This document shows, in pieces, positions 12,471 through 25,440 of a DNA stretch of 64,000 nt; positions within the stretch are counted from its first letter, which is position 1; each line of letters opens with the position of its first letter. The notes beneath the pieces were generated by a model. That model made no database searches. It was given only the letters and a program-made list of their open reading frames with translations, and was not told where the DNA came from. The stretch lies in the NCBI GenBank assembly GCA_034780895.1, contig JAUZTB010000002.1, positions 40,109,020 to 40,173,019 on the forward strand. Direction: 5' to 3'. The translations under genes and the position numbers were made by a program. This DNA is from Rhynchobatus australiae. Its lineage: Eukaryota.

Positions 12471-15400
12471 ATAAGGAAATATGGAAAATATGGAAAATAT
12501 GGACCATCTCAGGAAGAATGCTTTTGGCTTATTCACTTTTACATAATAAATCAAAACACTAAATAGCAAAGAGACATTCATGAAATTAATCATATTTTAG
12601 TGTGTTGTAAGATTCACAAAAATTCTGGCAAATTTGATTACTTCTGGAATGACTATATTCATGCAGGAGAAGACACATTTGGGAAATACAGCAAGAATAT
12701 AAAATAGATAAATATGTAGTTACAGAATAAATATGACAAGACTTTGGAAAGTAACAGCTGTATAGATCCAGTGTTGGAATGTAGTCTATATTTGGTTCAA
12801 TGAAAGCAAATTTGCCTTTTATATTTCGTACTATAAATGTGTTTTATACTTAGTACTAATATATTTACGACCATACACATGATCTGATCCGATGTGATCT
12901 GACCTAATACTTTAATGATAATAAAATCTTTTGAATTATTTCACTGAATATAAAGTATTCAAATGAAATTTTGGAAATTTATCTTTCTTTGTGAATGATT
13001 AAAATGGCCGGTATGTGAAAATCAAAATATTTCTGTCTTACACCCAAAAGTAATCTCAAGACACTTCATATATGTTGATTAGAAATTCAATAATTGCAAT
13101 TGTGGAAGCAAGCACATCTATACTTGTTTCCAGAAAGAACCCACAGCAGCATAAACTCCACTGATCTGTTTTCTGTTGATGCTGGTTGGGAAGGAAATGC
13201 TGGTCAGGCACAACATGAAGCAACATATTTTAAAGTAAACAATTACTAACTTTTTTACAGTATATGTACAGCAGAAATCACTTTATGAATCTTCTTGATT
13301 ATATGGCAAGGTGGCAATCAATATGGTGTAGCAAGTGTGCTAAGCCATTTGCATAATGCTGCCATTTCACAATTTACCAAATTTCTCATCAGATCTGCTT
13401 AGTGGGAAAATGGTAATTCCTTACAACGTTTGAATGCATAACATTTATATAACATTAGGCACAGCAATAAGATCTGCTGCCTCACAGTTCTAGTGACCCA
13501 GATCCAATCCTGAGCCATGGTGCTGTGTGGAATTTCAATATTTTCCTTCTGACTGCATCAGTTTTCCCCAGATGCTCCAGTTTCCATCCACATCCTGAAG
13601 GGGTTGGGGTGGGGGAGAAGGGGAAGACTTAATGTGCATATGCGAGGAATGAGTTACAGAGAAAAAAGTGGAGGAATGAGATGAGGGGATTGCTCCGAGT
13701 ACCTACATAGACTCAATGGACCAAAAAGCCCCATTCCATCCAGTAAGTGAAAATGTACTGTACAGAATCCTGCTCTCTCATCCAGGAAATGTATAATGTG
13801 TCAGAAGTTTTCAAAAGAGTTAAGAACAAAGTAGCAATGGCAACAAGCAGATGTTGGTGAATATAATCAGAGTTTGCAGTGTTGTCAAGAGCTTATTCAC
13901 AAGCCTAAGTTAGTGCTTTCTATAGTTTGCTTTACTTTTAGCAGCTTCAATTCCTATTAAACAATGATACAAATAATTCTAACTATGCTACATGTTCACT
14001 GCAGATTCACTTTTGGTATTGGGCAATCAAAAGTCTAATTTGATATGTCCTTGTCATTCTTACCAATTAAGTAACACAGAGAACAGAGTTGTGATGAGGA
14101 GACCCGAAGATTAAAAGAAAACTTCACGCATTGGGATTCTAGCAATGAAAAAAGTGAGTCCTAACAAAAACTACCAAATTCGAAGCGGAATTCACAAAAA
14201 TAAAATGTAATATTCTATAATAAATAATATTCTAAATATTATAATGATTAATTGGTCCCAAGTCTGACTGACCAGTCAGAACCTAACATTTCTCTAAACC
14301 AGCCATGTGATATCACAGAGCAATCAGATTCTCCCACAAAATATAAGGCAGCTGTTAATTTAATTTTGGCTTTTCTTTTCCCTCAGTTTAAATAATGTCT
14401 TTCCACCTTTCATCAAAGATCTGACCTTCTCTGCCTAAGAAATGCATTAAATGGTAAACTTCTGATTTCAATACCTAATGTGAGTTCTCAATCTTCTGTT
14501 TGTAGATTTAACACCTTCCAGTTTAGCCTATCTAAGTGGCAAGTACTTTATTATAAACAACCTTCCATCTTTCACACCCTGGGCGATAGCCTTTGGACCA
14601 GGCTCACTTATCTATGCCTCACTGTCTGTTGAGCACTTTTATCANNNNNNNNNNNNNNNNNNNNNNNNNNNNNNNNNNNNNNNNNNNNNNNNNNNNNNNN
14701 NNNNNNNNNNNNNNNNNNNNNNNNNNNNNNNNNNNNNNNNNNNNTCATCCATTTTCCCACCCATGAAGTACAATAGTTCAGGCCAGAGAATTCCCCATTG
14801 AATACTGATAGGACTCTCCCTTTAATTGCTGCATTTTCCATTTCAACCTACGCACTGCTTCTGCCTTTGCTTTCCCACCCCCATGGAAAACCTGAATGGC
14901 TGCAGGTGGCTTCCATAAGCCATTACAAAGCTGCTTATTTTTTTTCCTTTCACAATGAGACATTCTGAAAAGTATTTCCATCCATTATCACTACTAATAG
15001 CACTTTGCATTTTACCAGTGGCTGAATAATCCATCCTTCAATCCCTTTTCCTCTCTGATGTACATTTTCCCCTTCTTCATGTACACCTTGTCTCCCTTGT
15101 GCTCCTTTTCCTTTCTTTCCCATTCCATTTATTTATCCTTCCCTCTCATACCATTCCTCAATAATCCCCCCCACCACCCAAACCTCTGGCCCCTTTCTTC
15201 ATTCTTACTGCTCTATGCTCATTTCTCTCTATATTCCCTGTTCCTCCAATCTGCCTCCTCCTCGTTATCTTCTGACAATTCCCTGATTTCTCATCTGGTC
15301 ATGCTATCATCCATCCATCTTGCTCAATATAAAGAAACTCAGATTGGAAGGGTTCCTCCACGGAAAGTGACAGAAGTTCGTTCAAATTCATAATATGTAT

Positions 15401-15579
15401 TTCTGTGAATTTACTCTGAGGGTGTGCCTTTAAACTGGTTGCAATGTGTTGCTCACCTCTTCAACAGATTATCCATTCCATTGGTTTAAAAAGCTAAAAG
15501 TGAAAATTATGCCCTTGTATGTACATGAATGTACAGAGTGATAAAACAAAGAAGAAATTTGTCCTCAGTTGCTAACTCT

Positions 15580-15606
15580 ATACACACACACACACACACA
15601 CACACA
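15580..15606 (+). repeat. (CA)n microsatellite
   Basis: Uninterrupted CA run. Confidence 0.9.
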
Positions 15607-18600
15607 AAGTACAAACAGCTCTACATTGCATTCTACTTCCTCAATGCTTCAATGCCATTGACATCATAGGGTCTACAGTTCAGATGAGTACAATGCATAA
15701 CCACTATTGTATTACCTGTTAAGCATAGGAACTGAGGAAGAAATTTGAGACATACAAGTCTGAGGCATAGGCTGTCTGCCTGAATAGCTTAATCATCATT
15801 TCCTGTGAAGTGTTTAAATGAATTAATTATTTACCTCATATGCCAGTGACTAATATTCATGCCATGGATAGGACTTGAGTAAAGTATCAATATCTCTGAA
15901 TTCATAATTGAATGCCACTGTGGGGTGATCAGCACCCAAAATTAGCAGTGATTCAAGAAAGTAAACCACAAATTCACAGTGAACGGGGATGTAAAGGAGT
16001 GATGAAACTTACCTATATTGCTCATAGTCCAAGAAGAAATTTAGAATTACATACTTTGTTAAGAAGATTTCCAGTTAATATAAATTTGTAAGAATATTAG
16101 TAAAGCAATAGAAAATAAAGAATATGATTTTGTAAGTCTTGAAGCCCGCTCTCTATATCTAATATGCTGTTACTGGACAGAATATGAGTTATTGATGCCT
16201 TCTTTCCTGGCTACACTTCTCATTATAAGTCATGTTTATAATTCTGATCACCACTTGTCTTCCCCTCCAATTTGTTTGGTACCTATGTGTCCTCCACATA
16301 TTCCATTCATGAATTTCCTTTAAAATCCTTATTTTCATGACATTTCTGCACCTGCTAAACCTGTCTCCATCTTTTTCCAAGATATCTTCCTTCAGCTTCT
16401 TCACAAGCATCATCTCACATTGCTTCTCCCATTCTTTGATCCACACACATCTGCTCTCCATCGTGGAATATTTTTCACTAATCCACTTTAGGTTTTTATA
16501 ATGCATTTCAAACTTGCAATCTCTGAACTAATGATCTGCTTAACCACCCCTCCCCTGTCCTCAGTAAATATTTACTGTCTCCGTCCTTGATTATTGCCCC
16601 GTCTTTTATCTCTAAGGAAGTTCAGGTTGTGTAAGTTTGAGTGTATTTGGCTTCACTGTTCATTAACTGTTCTAATGAAGTGGACTTCTTGGTTAATGAA
16701 ACCATTTGCAATGGAGGTGGAAGCTATAGAGTACAAAACTTGCTCCTGTCAGCCCACGTTCCAGCTTTAACATCCAGGTTGCCAACCCAAGAGTTAGACA
16801 CACCAAATGGGATCCCACCCCATCCAGCTCATTAATATACATGTTGAAGATGCCGTTAAAAGCCTTCCTCCATATACTCCTAATTTCTATTCACTGTATT
16901 GTCTAAAGAATGAGGATGAAAAGCGCGACCTTCACCAAGCTCCTCAGCTTAATCCACATAATGCTCTAAGAACAACCTGGTGAGCAAGAATGCTTTCCTC
17001 CATTAACAATCATCTGTTCAAATCCTTTCCTGCACCCATTCCATCCTTAATGCCTACTCTTACTTCCTACAGCCAATCAAGTGAAACACCACCTTGAGCT
17101 TCTGTTTTACTCCACCTCTGAGAGCTTGTATCTTTATTTAGTTCCTTTCCTATCTCTAAGGTTGTTTAGTTCAAGGAACAAAAAGCTTGCTCCCTTCATC
17201 TCATTTCAACTCAGCCTTCCCAACTAATTTTCCTTCCTGACCACATTCTCAGGTACAGTCATCCTCATTATCTGAATTCAAAACTACCAGTCCCAATCTG
17301 CTTTACAAAGTCCACTCTCAGCACCGATCTACTGGTCCATTTTCCAAATCCTGAGTGCATTGATGCCTCTCAAACCTGTGTTTATCTCTCCAACATCTCC
17401 AAATCATAATCTTAACAGTTACTTTTATATAGAAAAGGCACTAATAAAAGACACAAAGTACAGCATGAGCTTGTGCACTTTCTTCCCATCCTAACTGCAC
17501 CCCGCAACCTTTCAGCCACATCATTCTTCTCCATTGTTCATCTCCCTGGAACACTCTTCACTTGGTTTGACTGTTAGGTATACAACTGCAGCCAGGTCAC
17601 TTCCAGCACTGGCCTTTCTTACCGCTTCCACACAAATGCATCCAAGCCCCATTCTTTTCCAGATCTCCTTGATAGTCTTTAGTCAGTTCCAAAGATGTAA
17701 ATGCTGAAAACACTCAACTCAAGGTCTGCGACAATTATTTCAATTTCTCTCCTGCCTCCATTGTATCAAACTTCTTGTCAATATCCTGTCTTGAATGTCA
17801 CAATTTCCTCTAGTTAAATGCTTTAAACCAAAGCCACGGTCTTTGGCCTCATTATAAGCTCTACCTTTGCTCATTCCAGATTTAGTTAGCAATCTGACAG
17901 TAAAGGAAAACCTGAGATATACCAGGTATATCATTACAGAATTTTAAATTAGGTTTGTGAAGGAAAGAGCAGTCACAGACTAATATGTTAAACTTAAGTT
18001 AGGCAAAGTTCAAAGTACAAGAAAATAACTCTGGAGTAAACTGAGCTAATTATTAACATTAGAACAATGGGAAGTGTTCATTGAAGTTCCTGGTAAATAA
18101 CAAAACATATATCCCTTAAAATCAAAAAGACACAAGTTGTAAAACAATAACACTCAAAATATGAAATGAGAGTAATTAGTGATGAGAAAAAGCAAGCACA
18201 AATCTAATGAAAGGTGGAAACCAAAAAGATTGAGTTATAAAATATGATATAAGATTGCAAAGCAAGAAATAAGTGGTCCTAAGTATATATGCACATGGTC
18301 TTTAGGATGTAGTTCTAAAGAGTGAGTTACTCATATCTATTATCGCCACGAATAACCATACTCTTGGACATATGTGAACCAATATAAGAGAATCAGTAGG
18401 TCAGGTATAAAAAAGTACATCCATTCCAAGGAAGATAAATCAGAAAATTTTGATCAAGACATGCTGTGATATTAAAAAATACAGAGGAGCTTGGTCATTG
18501 CGAAGTGAGTAGTATTCATCATTTGTCCAAGTCAAAAGATTGCAGACTCAAATGCCACACTGAGACTTGAGCACAAAAATCTTGGCTGCCATCACATAAC

Positions 18601-19102
18601 AATAATGAGTGGATGCTGCAGTGTAGGAGTATCAGCCAATGGATGTATTTATGTCCCACATACTTGATTCCATAGAAGTTAATGGGAATTAATGTGTAGA
18701 AGTAAGTATAACTTCTGGCCAATACTCTTTTGTGACTGTTAGTGACTGTCTTCTTTTGTTTTTTGTTATTGTCCTTTTTCTCATATAATCACAATTTTGT
18801 CATGGCAATTGTACAACAGGGAGCATGCAATGAATGGCTGAGAAATTTACCAGCTAGTTTTGATGGACATGTTTGGAACATCCACATACCTAACTTAAAA
18901 TATGTTTAAATTACAATGTTTGAGACAAGGTTAATAGCACAGATCTATGCTAGTGCTCACTATTGTTTACAAGTAGATTTCTAAATCCAAAGTATGCAAA
19001 TCATTCAAAACTCAATTCAGAAAGCTGTTCAACATTTACATTTGCAATTGTCTGCAATGAGAAGAGCAATGCCAATGAAGTCAAGGCAACTCAAAACAGA
19101 AG

Positions 19103-19222
19103 AAACCACAAACCTGATACAACTTGTCAATGTGAAAAATGAAGCAGCATAATTGGTATTTCCACTTGAAAGGAGGAGCTACTGAATTTACTGTTGTGTG
19201 AGTAAGCATCCTCATATAAAAA
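19103..19222 (+). promoter_or_regulatory. col10a1 copy A proximal promoter (RUNX consensus AACCACA 19104-19110, GGAGGAG block, TATA box 19215-19222)
   Basis: Blocks aaaccacaaacctgat / cagcata..ttcca.tt.aa.ggaggag / ctcatata align colinearly with 46600-46716 upstream of copy B. The TATA lies 117 bp before a GT donor, versus 116 bp in copy B. Confidence 0.75.
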
Positions 19223-19244
19223 GCAACATGTATTGTTTCTGAAA

Positions 19245-19332
19245 AGACTTCTTCATCAGACACCCTAGTATTTCGTAGGATAAATTATTGGGAGACTGCA
19301 CTGAATCAACATTTTGAAGATTAAAAACATTG
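19245..19332 (+). other. col10a1: col10a1 copy A non-coding exon 1 (start approximate)
   Basis: Begins about 30 bp after the TATA and ends at donor ttg|gtatgt. Intron 1 is 382 bp (376 bp in copy B, same gtatgtt donor). Confidence 0.65.
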
Positions 19333-19729
19333 GTATGTTTGTTAAACTTTGAATGTCATTCTTGCTCTACAGTACTACATTACTTATTAACAGCATGTTT
19401 GGTTTCTGGAATCCTTCTTAAATGTGAAGTATATACTAAATACACTGGCAGATTATTGTTAAGCAACATATAATGTAATAAATTAAATGTTTTAATTGTT
19501 AGTAGTTTTAAAACTAAATGGTTTTTATCTTTCAAATATGTTAAAGGTGAATGCAATGTTTCACAGATTTTACAAAGTATTATTTTCTTGTAGATAATGT
19601 GTTTCCTGCTAATAGCTTTATCTCTAACACAGTGCTACTCTGGATTTAAGATAATTACATTAGTTCACACCTTCCTTCCCATCAGTATTCAAAAATTCTA
19701 TAAATACTTTACAGATCTGAACAACAAAC

Positions 19730-19829
19730 ATGGCTCCAAAAGAGGGTGGTGCAATTCTGTTGCTATTAACTGTTACCTTGGTCAATGGACTTGGATATTA
19801 TAGATATAATAATGCACACAGTCCCAATG
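19730..19829 (+). CDS. col10a1: Collagen X alpha-1-like copy A, first coding exon (signal peptide + NC2 start): MAPKEGGAILLLLTVTLVNG-LGYYRYNNAHSPN
   Basis: Acceptor tttacag|19715, ATG 15 nt into the exon, hydrophobic core ending LVNG (human LVHG), phase-1 donor G|gtaagt, in frame with the large exon at 28943. Confidence 0.9.
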
Positions 19830-22474
19830 GTAAGTGTTCATGTTGCAGTCACTGTGAGTTTTAATAAACCAAATCATTCAAAATGACAACATGGTGCCGC
19901 TCTATTGATGCTTCAGTGCTTTGTTTCTTGTTTCTGAACGATAGTTCCGGCAACTAATATTTAATTTTCATTTTCTTTCCAATTCCATACCCAAAGCTTA
20001 TTTTTCTATATCCTCTTTGTAAGACTCTCACATTGTGCATCACTAAATTGGGCGGTGAAACCTTTCAAGCTTCTGCTGATGCACTCTTCCAGACAGCATG
20101 GAATGTAAAAGGGTTAAGATTGACATGTTCTCCAATTTTCTGTCCCTCCCAAAGCCAAATACTTCACCAACTCCCCAGACAAATGGGATGAACCTGGGTC
20201 ACTCCCGTACAAACTTGCAGCCAAGCAATTACTGGCATAACATGCTGGTGCACTGCTTCATCAATCCACATCTTAATTCAAATTGTCTTTGTGAACATAG
20301 ACAATAGACAGATTAAATATTTGATCACCACTATTGCCAAATTACAAACAATAGGATATTATCCTTATGGATGAAGAATCCTAGGAACAGCTTTCTTTAA
20401 TGGACTATGTTAAGACTTTACAATTCTTATGATAAATAATTGCAAATCACAAAATATTAGTCTTTCTGCAGGCACTCTGTCATCATAGTGGCATATTTAA
20501 ACTTCACTAGCATGCATGATCTTCAACTGAACTATTTTTGAGAAATGGCAAAAGGCATAAGTTTGTGAATATTTGATACCAAATAAGATGAAATGTCAGA
20601 TAAATTCACAAGACAGAAATTAAAATAAATGAAAATGTGTATCTGCACAAATAATTTTTTCATCTATTTTTAATGTAAATTTCAGTTTGAATTCTAGCAG
20701 TTTTTAAAATGTGCATCAAAACTGGTATACTCATGTCAGAAAAGGGGAAAGCACTGCTTGGAGGATCAGCTGGCTGGTGTTGAATAATGAAAATAGGAAG
20801 TTAGATATTAAATGGTGATAGATTAGATAATGTTAGGTACTTTGAAGTTTGTATGGCTCAGTTACAAATTTTGTTTTCTAATGTGTGAAGTGCAATGGGC
20901 TGTTTTACAAGGTTAAAGATGCTACATAATGCAAATTGTTGTTGATGTACATAATCCATAGGAGAGCTGCTTTATTGCTTAAAACTAATCAGTCTAAACT
21001 AACTTAAACATAGCAAGTTACACCAAACTTGTTTAAAGTCAGATATGAATTGGTGGAAGTTAAGGGCCATGGACATTTACCGTAAATTTAATTGCACATT
21101 TAATTATATTTTAGAAGAACAAATGCCTACAATAATCTACATAGAAGACATTAAATGATATACAGACTATGAGGCCATGCTAAATGTGCAAATTCTTCTT
21201 AAAGTTGTAAATCATTGTCTCTTTCAGCAAGTTAATCCAGAATTTCTTTGGAATCCCACTAGCATTTCTTGAAATGTTAAAAATTACAAAATGGAACATG
21301 CTTAAAGGATTGTATTAAATGTGTGTGATATTACTTTTTACATCACTTATAAAGCATAAAGATTATTGAAAACCTCTAACTCTGAATAAACCCATGGACA
21401 CCTTTCAAATTTGGATGTAAATTATTCTTATGCACTAAGGGTTCAATCAGAGCTGCAGAAAAAATAATGTTGGCCTCAGTGGGAAGAAATAGTTTACCAA
21501 ATGTATATATAAAACAGAAATTCAAATTTATATCCCACTGCAGCTAAAATACATAGCAAACTCAGAACTAGTGTAAATTCAAAAACAATTCTTGTGAGTT
21601 GCATTTATCCTTGGAAAAGAAGTATAGAAGTAAAAAAGAACTATATAAAGAAAAAAAAACAGAGGATTTCCATAACTCAGGTTTCATAGAATCAGGACAA
21701 AATATCAATAATGTCACTAACATAGAATAGTACAGGCCTTACAGAACAGAACAGAACAGTATGGGCCCTTCAGCCTGCAATGCTGTGCCCGACTTACACC
21801 CAATGCTAGAACATTACATTCAATGTTCCAAGATTTACACCAAAGCAAAGTATAATACCGTAATTTTAACATTGTTTTCAGCAATTTTTTCAAGAAATGT
21901 TAGGCAAACAGCTTTTAACAATCATGAGGCCACAACTGAGGACAAAACAATGCAAGAAAAAAAACATTTTAGTGGCACTGATACATTCCCACTTAAAATT
22001 AAATTTCTGAACTTAAAATTGTCTTTCAATTACCTCCCCCATATAAGGCACCAGCAGAAAACATGATAAGCACAATGGACCATGATCACTGCTGACCATT
22101 TCATATTGATAATTTAGAATTGCTAAGATAACCTATTTGCAGGATGTAAAATGCAATGGTCGATCCCTTATCATTCATTCTTTATTAATATGAGTCTCCT
22201 AGTTTTTCCACATCCAAAAGATGTGCTGGTTTTTAGGTTATTAGGTTATTGTTAAAATATCTCTGGTGGAGGTGGGTGGTAGGAGAATCAGTTGGGGGAT
22301 GATGACTGTTGCATACAAATCCTTATTGTGAAAATTCTGAGTAGCATCAAGGGCAAAGTACTGAACATGGACCATTATCATGGGGGTAAAGAACTGAGTA
22401 CGACATTTGCTTATTATAAGGTGGCAAAAAAGACACAGCTCTAGTCGACCATTAACTATCATGGACATTGAGAA

Positions 22475-23090
22475 GCTGGTACTGGTTTATTATTGTCACA
22501 AGTACCAAGATACAGTGAAATGAGTTTTATTTCGCAGCCATTCAAACAGATTATGCTATACAAATGCACGTCAAGGTAGTCAAAAGGAAAACAGAATGCA
22601 GGATATAGTATTACAGTTACAAAGAAAGTGCAGTGCAGGTAGACAATAAAGTGCAAGGGCCACAACAAGGTAGATTGCGAGATCAAGAATTCATCTTTTA
22701 GCATATGACAGGTCCACTCAGGAGTGTGATAACAGTGGGATAGAAGCTGTCCTTGAGCCTGATGGCACGTGCTCTCAAGCTTTTGTATCTCCTGCCTAAA
22801 AGGAGAGAGGAGAAGAGAGAATGACTGAGGAGGGAGGGGTCCTTGATTATGTTGGCTGCTTTTCCAAACCAGTGGGAAGCGTAGACAGAGTCAATGGAAA
22901 GAAGGCTAGAGTGTGTGATGGACTGGGTTGCATTCATAAATCTCTTGGGCAGAGCAGTTGCCATACCAAGCTGTAAGGCATCCAGGTAGGATGCCTTTTA
23001 TGGTGTGTCTGTAACAATTGGTAAGAGTCATCGGGGACATGCCAAATTTCCTTAGCCTTCTGAGGAAACAGATGCATTGGTGTGCCATAA
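22475..23090 (-). mobile_element. Rex1/Babar-type LINE 3' part
   Basis: Minus-strand ORFs FLRRLRKFGMSPMTLTNCYRHTIKGILPGCLTAWYGNCSAQ and IIKDPS..HSLFSSL..GRRYKSLRAR..RLKDSFYP. Confidence 0.85.
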
Positions 23091-25368
23091 ACTTATACCA
23101 ATACCAAGCTGTGGTCCCTTCTTGGCCACATTCATCAGGGGCAGACATAGACGATCTATCTTGCTCTCCCTCTGCATCTTGGAAATGAAGAGCAGTGACG
23201 AGGTCTAAGGTAGTGCAAAGGCCCATCCCCAGAATGCCCTAATATGGTTTGACAGAAGGCAAAGCTGAGGGTGGGGCTTTGGTTTCTGTCAAAGCTGTGG
23301 GGAGTTTCAAAAAAACTTCCAGGACCCATTAAAATTATGTAAATTTTCTGTACAAAGTTAATTAAACAAATGTTACTGGAATTGTAAATCATTAAAAACA
23401 TTAAAGTAAAATGATTTTTAAAAAATTATTCTGTGCCCAATAATCACTACTGAAATGAATGATGTCTTCAACCGTACTTCAGCTGATAGTGAAGAGGAGA
23501 GGCAATTTCTAGTTTATCACTCAGTACCTCCAGCCATTGTTGTAAAATCTGTTACTCAATCAGTCCCAGACTAACATTGGTCCACATAAAACCATGACTT
23601 CCATTTGAGTTAATTAACTTGGGTATTTTCCTTTGGACANNNNNNNNNNNNNNNTGTCCCAAATGCTGTGCTATTTTGAAAAAAAAACAGGTGAATTAAA
23701 GAGGCAGGAAATCTACAAAACAATAAGTACCATGCAGGTATGAATACCTACAATGAGGTATCAGTTGCTAGTAATTAGTTATTGATGAAACAATTGACCA
23801 GAAGGAAAATAAACTATCATGGCAATAATGAAACAAAACAATTGTGCTTAAATTTAAGACACCCATTATTCTTAAGTACACTTCTAATTTAAATTACTTT
23901 GCAGTATTCCTTGTAGTAATCATTTTGGCTGATGCTCATGGCATCAACATCATGTGCAGTTCAGATAATAGACCTCAGACTTCCACCTGGGTTTTCCAAA
24001 TGAAGCCTTTTTCTCAAAAACTGTCCACCGAAGCAATGAGCTCCAATAAAGAATAAATGTAATCAAACATGCTATTATAATACAATTTTAATTTGGATGA
24101 CAGATATTCAACATTATTTAAAAATCATTGAGGTGTACCAATGTGTTTTGCAGTCTTTTTTTAGCTCAGTGAATGTGTCTGTCTAACTGTTGTTAAGAAA
24201 GAAAATTCTGTTAGTTCCACAATTGATTCATGAATGATGTCATTCCTCTGCTCATAATTGGTTAAATCTTCACCACATAGTGCTGACATGGCTTAGTTGG
24301 TAACAATCTTGCCTGAGTCAGAAGGGTGTGGTGCGTGCTCATGGTCAAAGCAGACAGTCCAGTGTAATGAATGTGGCATTGTCAGTGGTTAAGATATTTG
24401 GGCCTGTGCATTCAAATTCAACCCAAAGCATTGATTTTATTAAGAGGATAAAATAAAAACTAAAAAAACTTTAAACATGTTGTATGATCATTGCATAAGT
24501 ATGATCAATTAGATACTGGGCTACAGAAAAATAATTATTTAGTACAAACAACAAAATATGAATTAAACTGAATATCAATGGTAAGCTTGCTTTAATGAAG
24601 TAAAAACATAATTCCTATTATATAGCTAATATGGTCCATTGTCTTTTATAAGTAACAACATTTTTTCTTAAGTAAACTATCTGATTTTAAGCATAAGCAT
24701 AGATAAAATAAAATTCAGTGTTAGTACTTCTCATCATCAAACCCCTATATGGGTTCATTTTTTTTGATTTTTTTGTTTACTCTTACTCACATACAACTTG
24801 ATTAAAATCAGCACAATTTTATTTAGCAAGGCAGGGAAAAGCAATAAGAAAAGACGTGTCAGAATCTTCTACTAGAGAAGTGATGCAAATAATTTTGCAG
24901 GAGCAACCTTTAAGAGGAAAGGGAAAAACAACACAGAGTTCAGTGCAGAGAATCTATAGCTAGAAACTTTTTATATTTATATATTTTTATATTTAGAAAC
25001 TAATTATATTTTATATAATTAAATTATTAATTATTTCTTCAATTTTGTCAATATAACATTTTATTACCCTCTTGAAGCTTGAACACAAATCAAAAATTGC
25101 CTTGGCAAGCAGAAGTTCTACTCTTTTTAATAAGGTACTAAGTACAAACTCTTACTGCAACATTCGCTGCATGCGTGCAACTGAGAGAATTTTAACCATC
25201 GCAATTTACAGAATTTCTTCTTCACTAGGGACAACATAAATTATTACAGGACAGCCAAAAGATCACTTGCGGCAATCCTTCCGCTAGTGTGCTCTTGTAT
25301 GAACCCAAAGTAACGAATGAAAATATTCGTTAAAGTTCCATTGTGATTTGTTGACTTTTCCTAAACAG

Positions 25369-25440
25369 GTCAGCGAAATATAGATCGAAGTTCTGAAAGC
25401 TCGGAAGAAAATCGAGTGTCTACTTTCTCTGTCCCCAAAG
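25369..25440 (+). CDS. col10a1: Candidate extra coding exon of col10a1 copy A: (G)QRNIDRSSESSEENRVSTFSVPK, SxE phosphoserine cluster
   Basis: Acceptor ttgacttttcctaaacag|, donor AAG|gtgaga, 72 nt, phase 1-1, no stop in the frame set by the flanking exons, non-random SSESSEE motif. No transcript evidence available. Confidence 0.7.

Noticed and set aside
19597-19803. ORF MCFLLIALSLTQCYSG..., signal-peptide-like, after an AG
   Set aside because: It is in a different frame from the real exon 2, stops at 19803 before the donor, and has no counterpart in copy B.
23844-24056. Hydrophobic FAVFLVVIILADAHG stretch after a possible acceptor
   Set aside because: No suitable ATG or phase-compatible donor before the stop.
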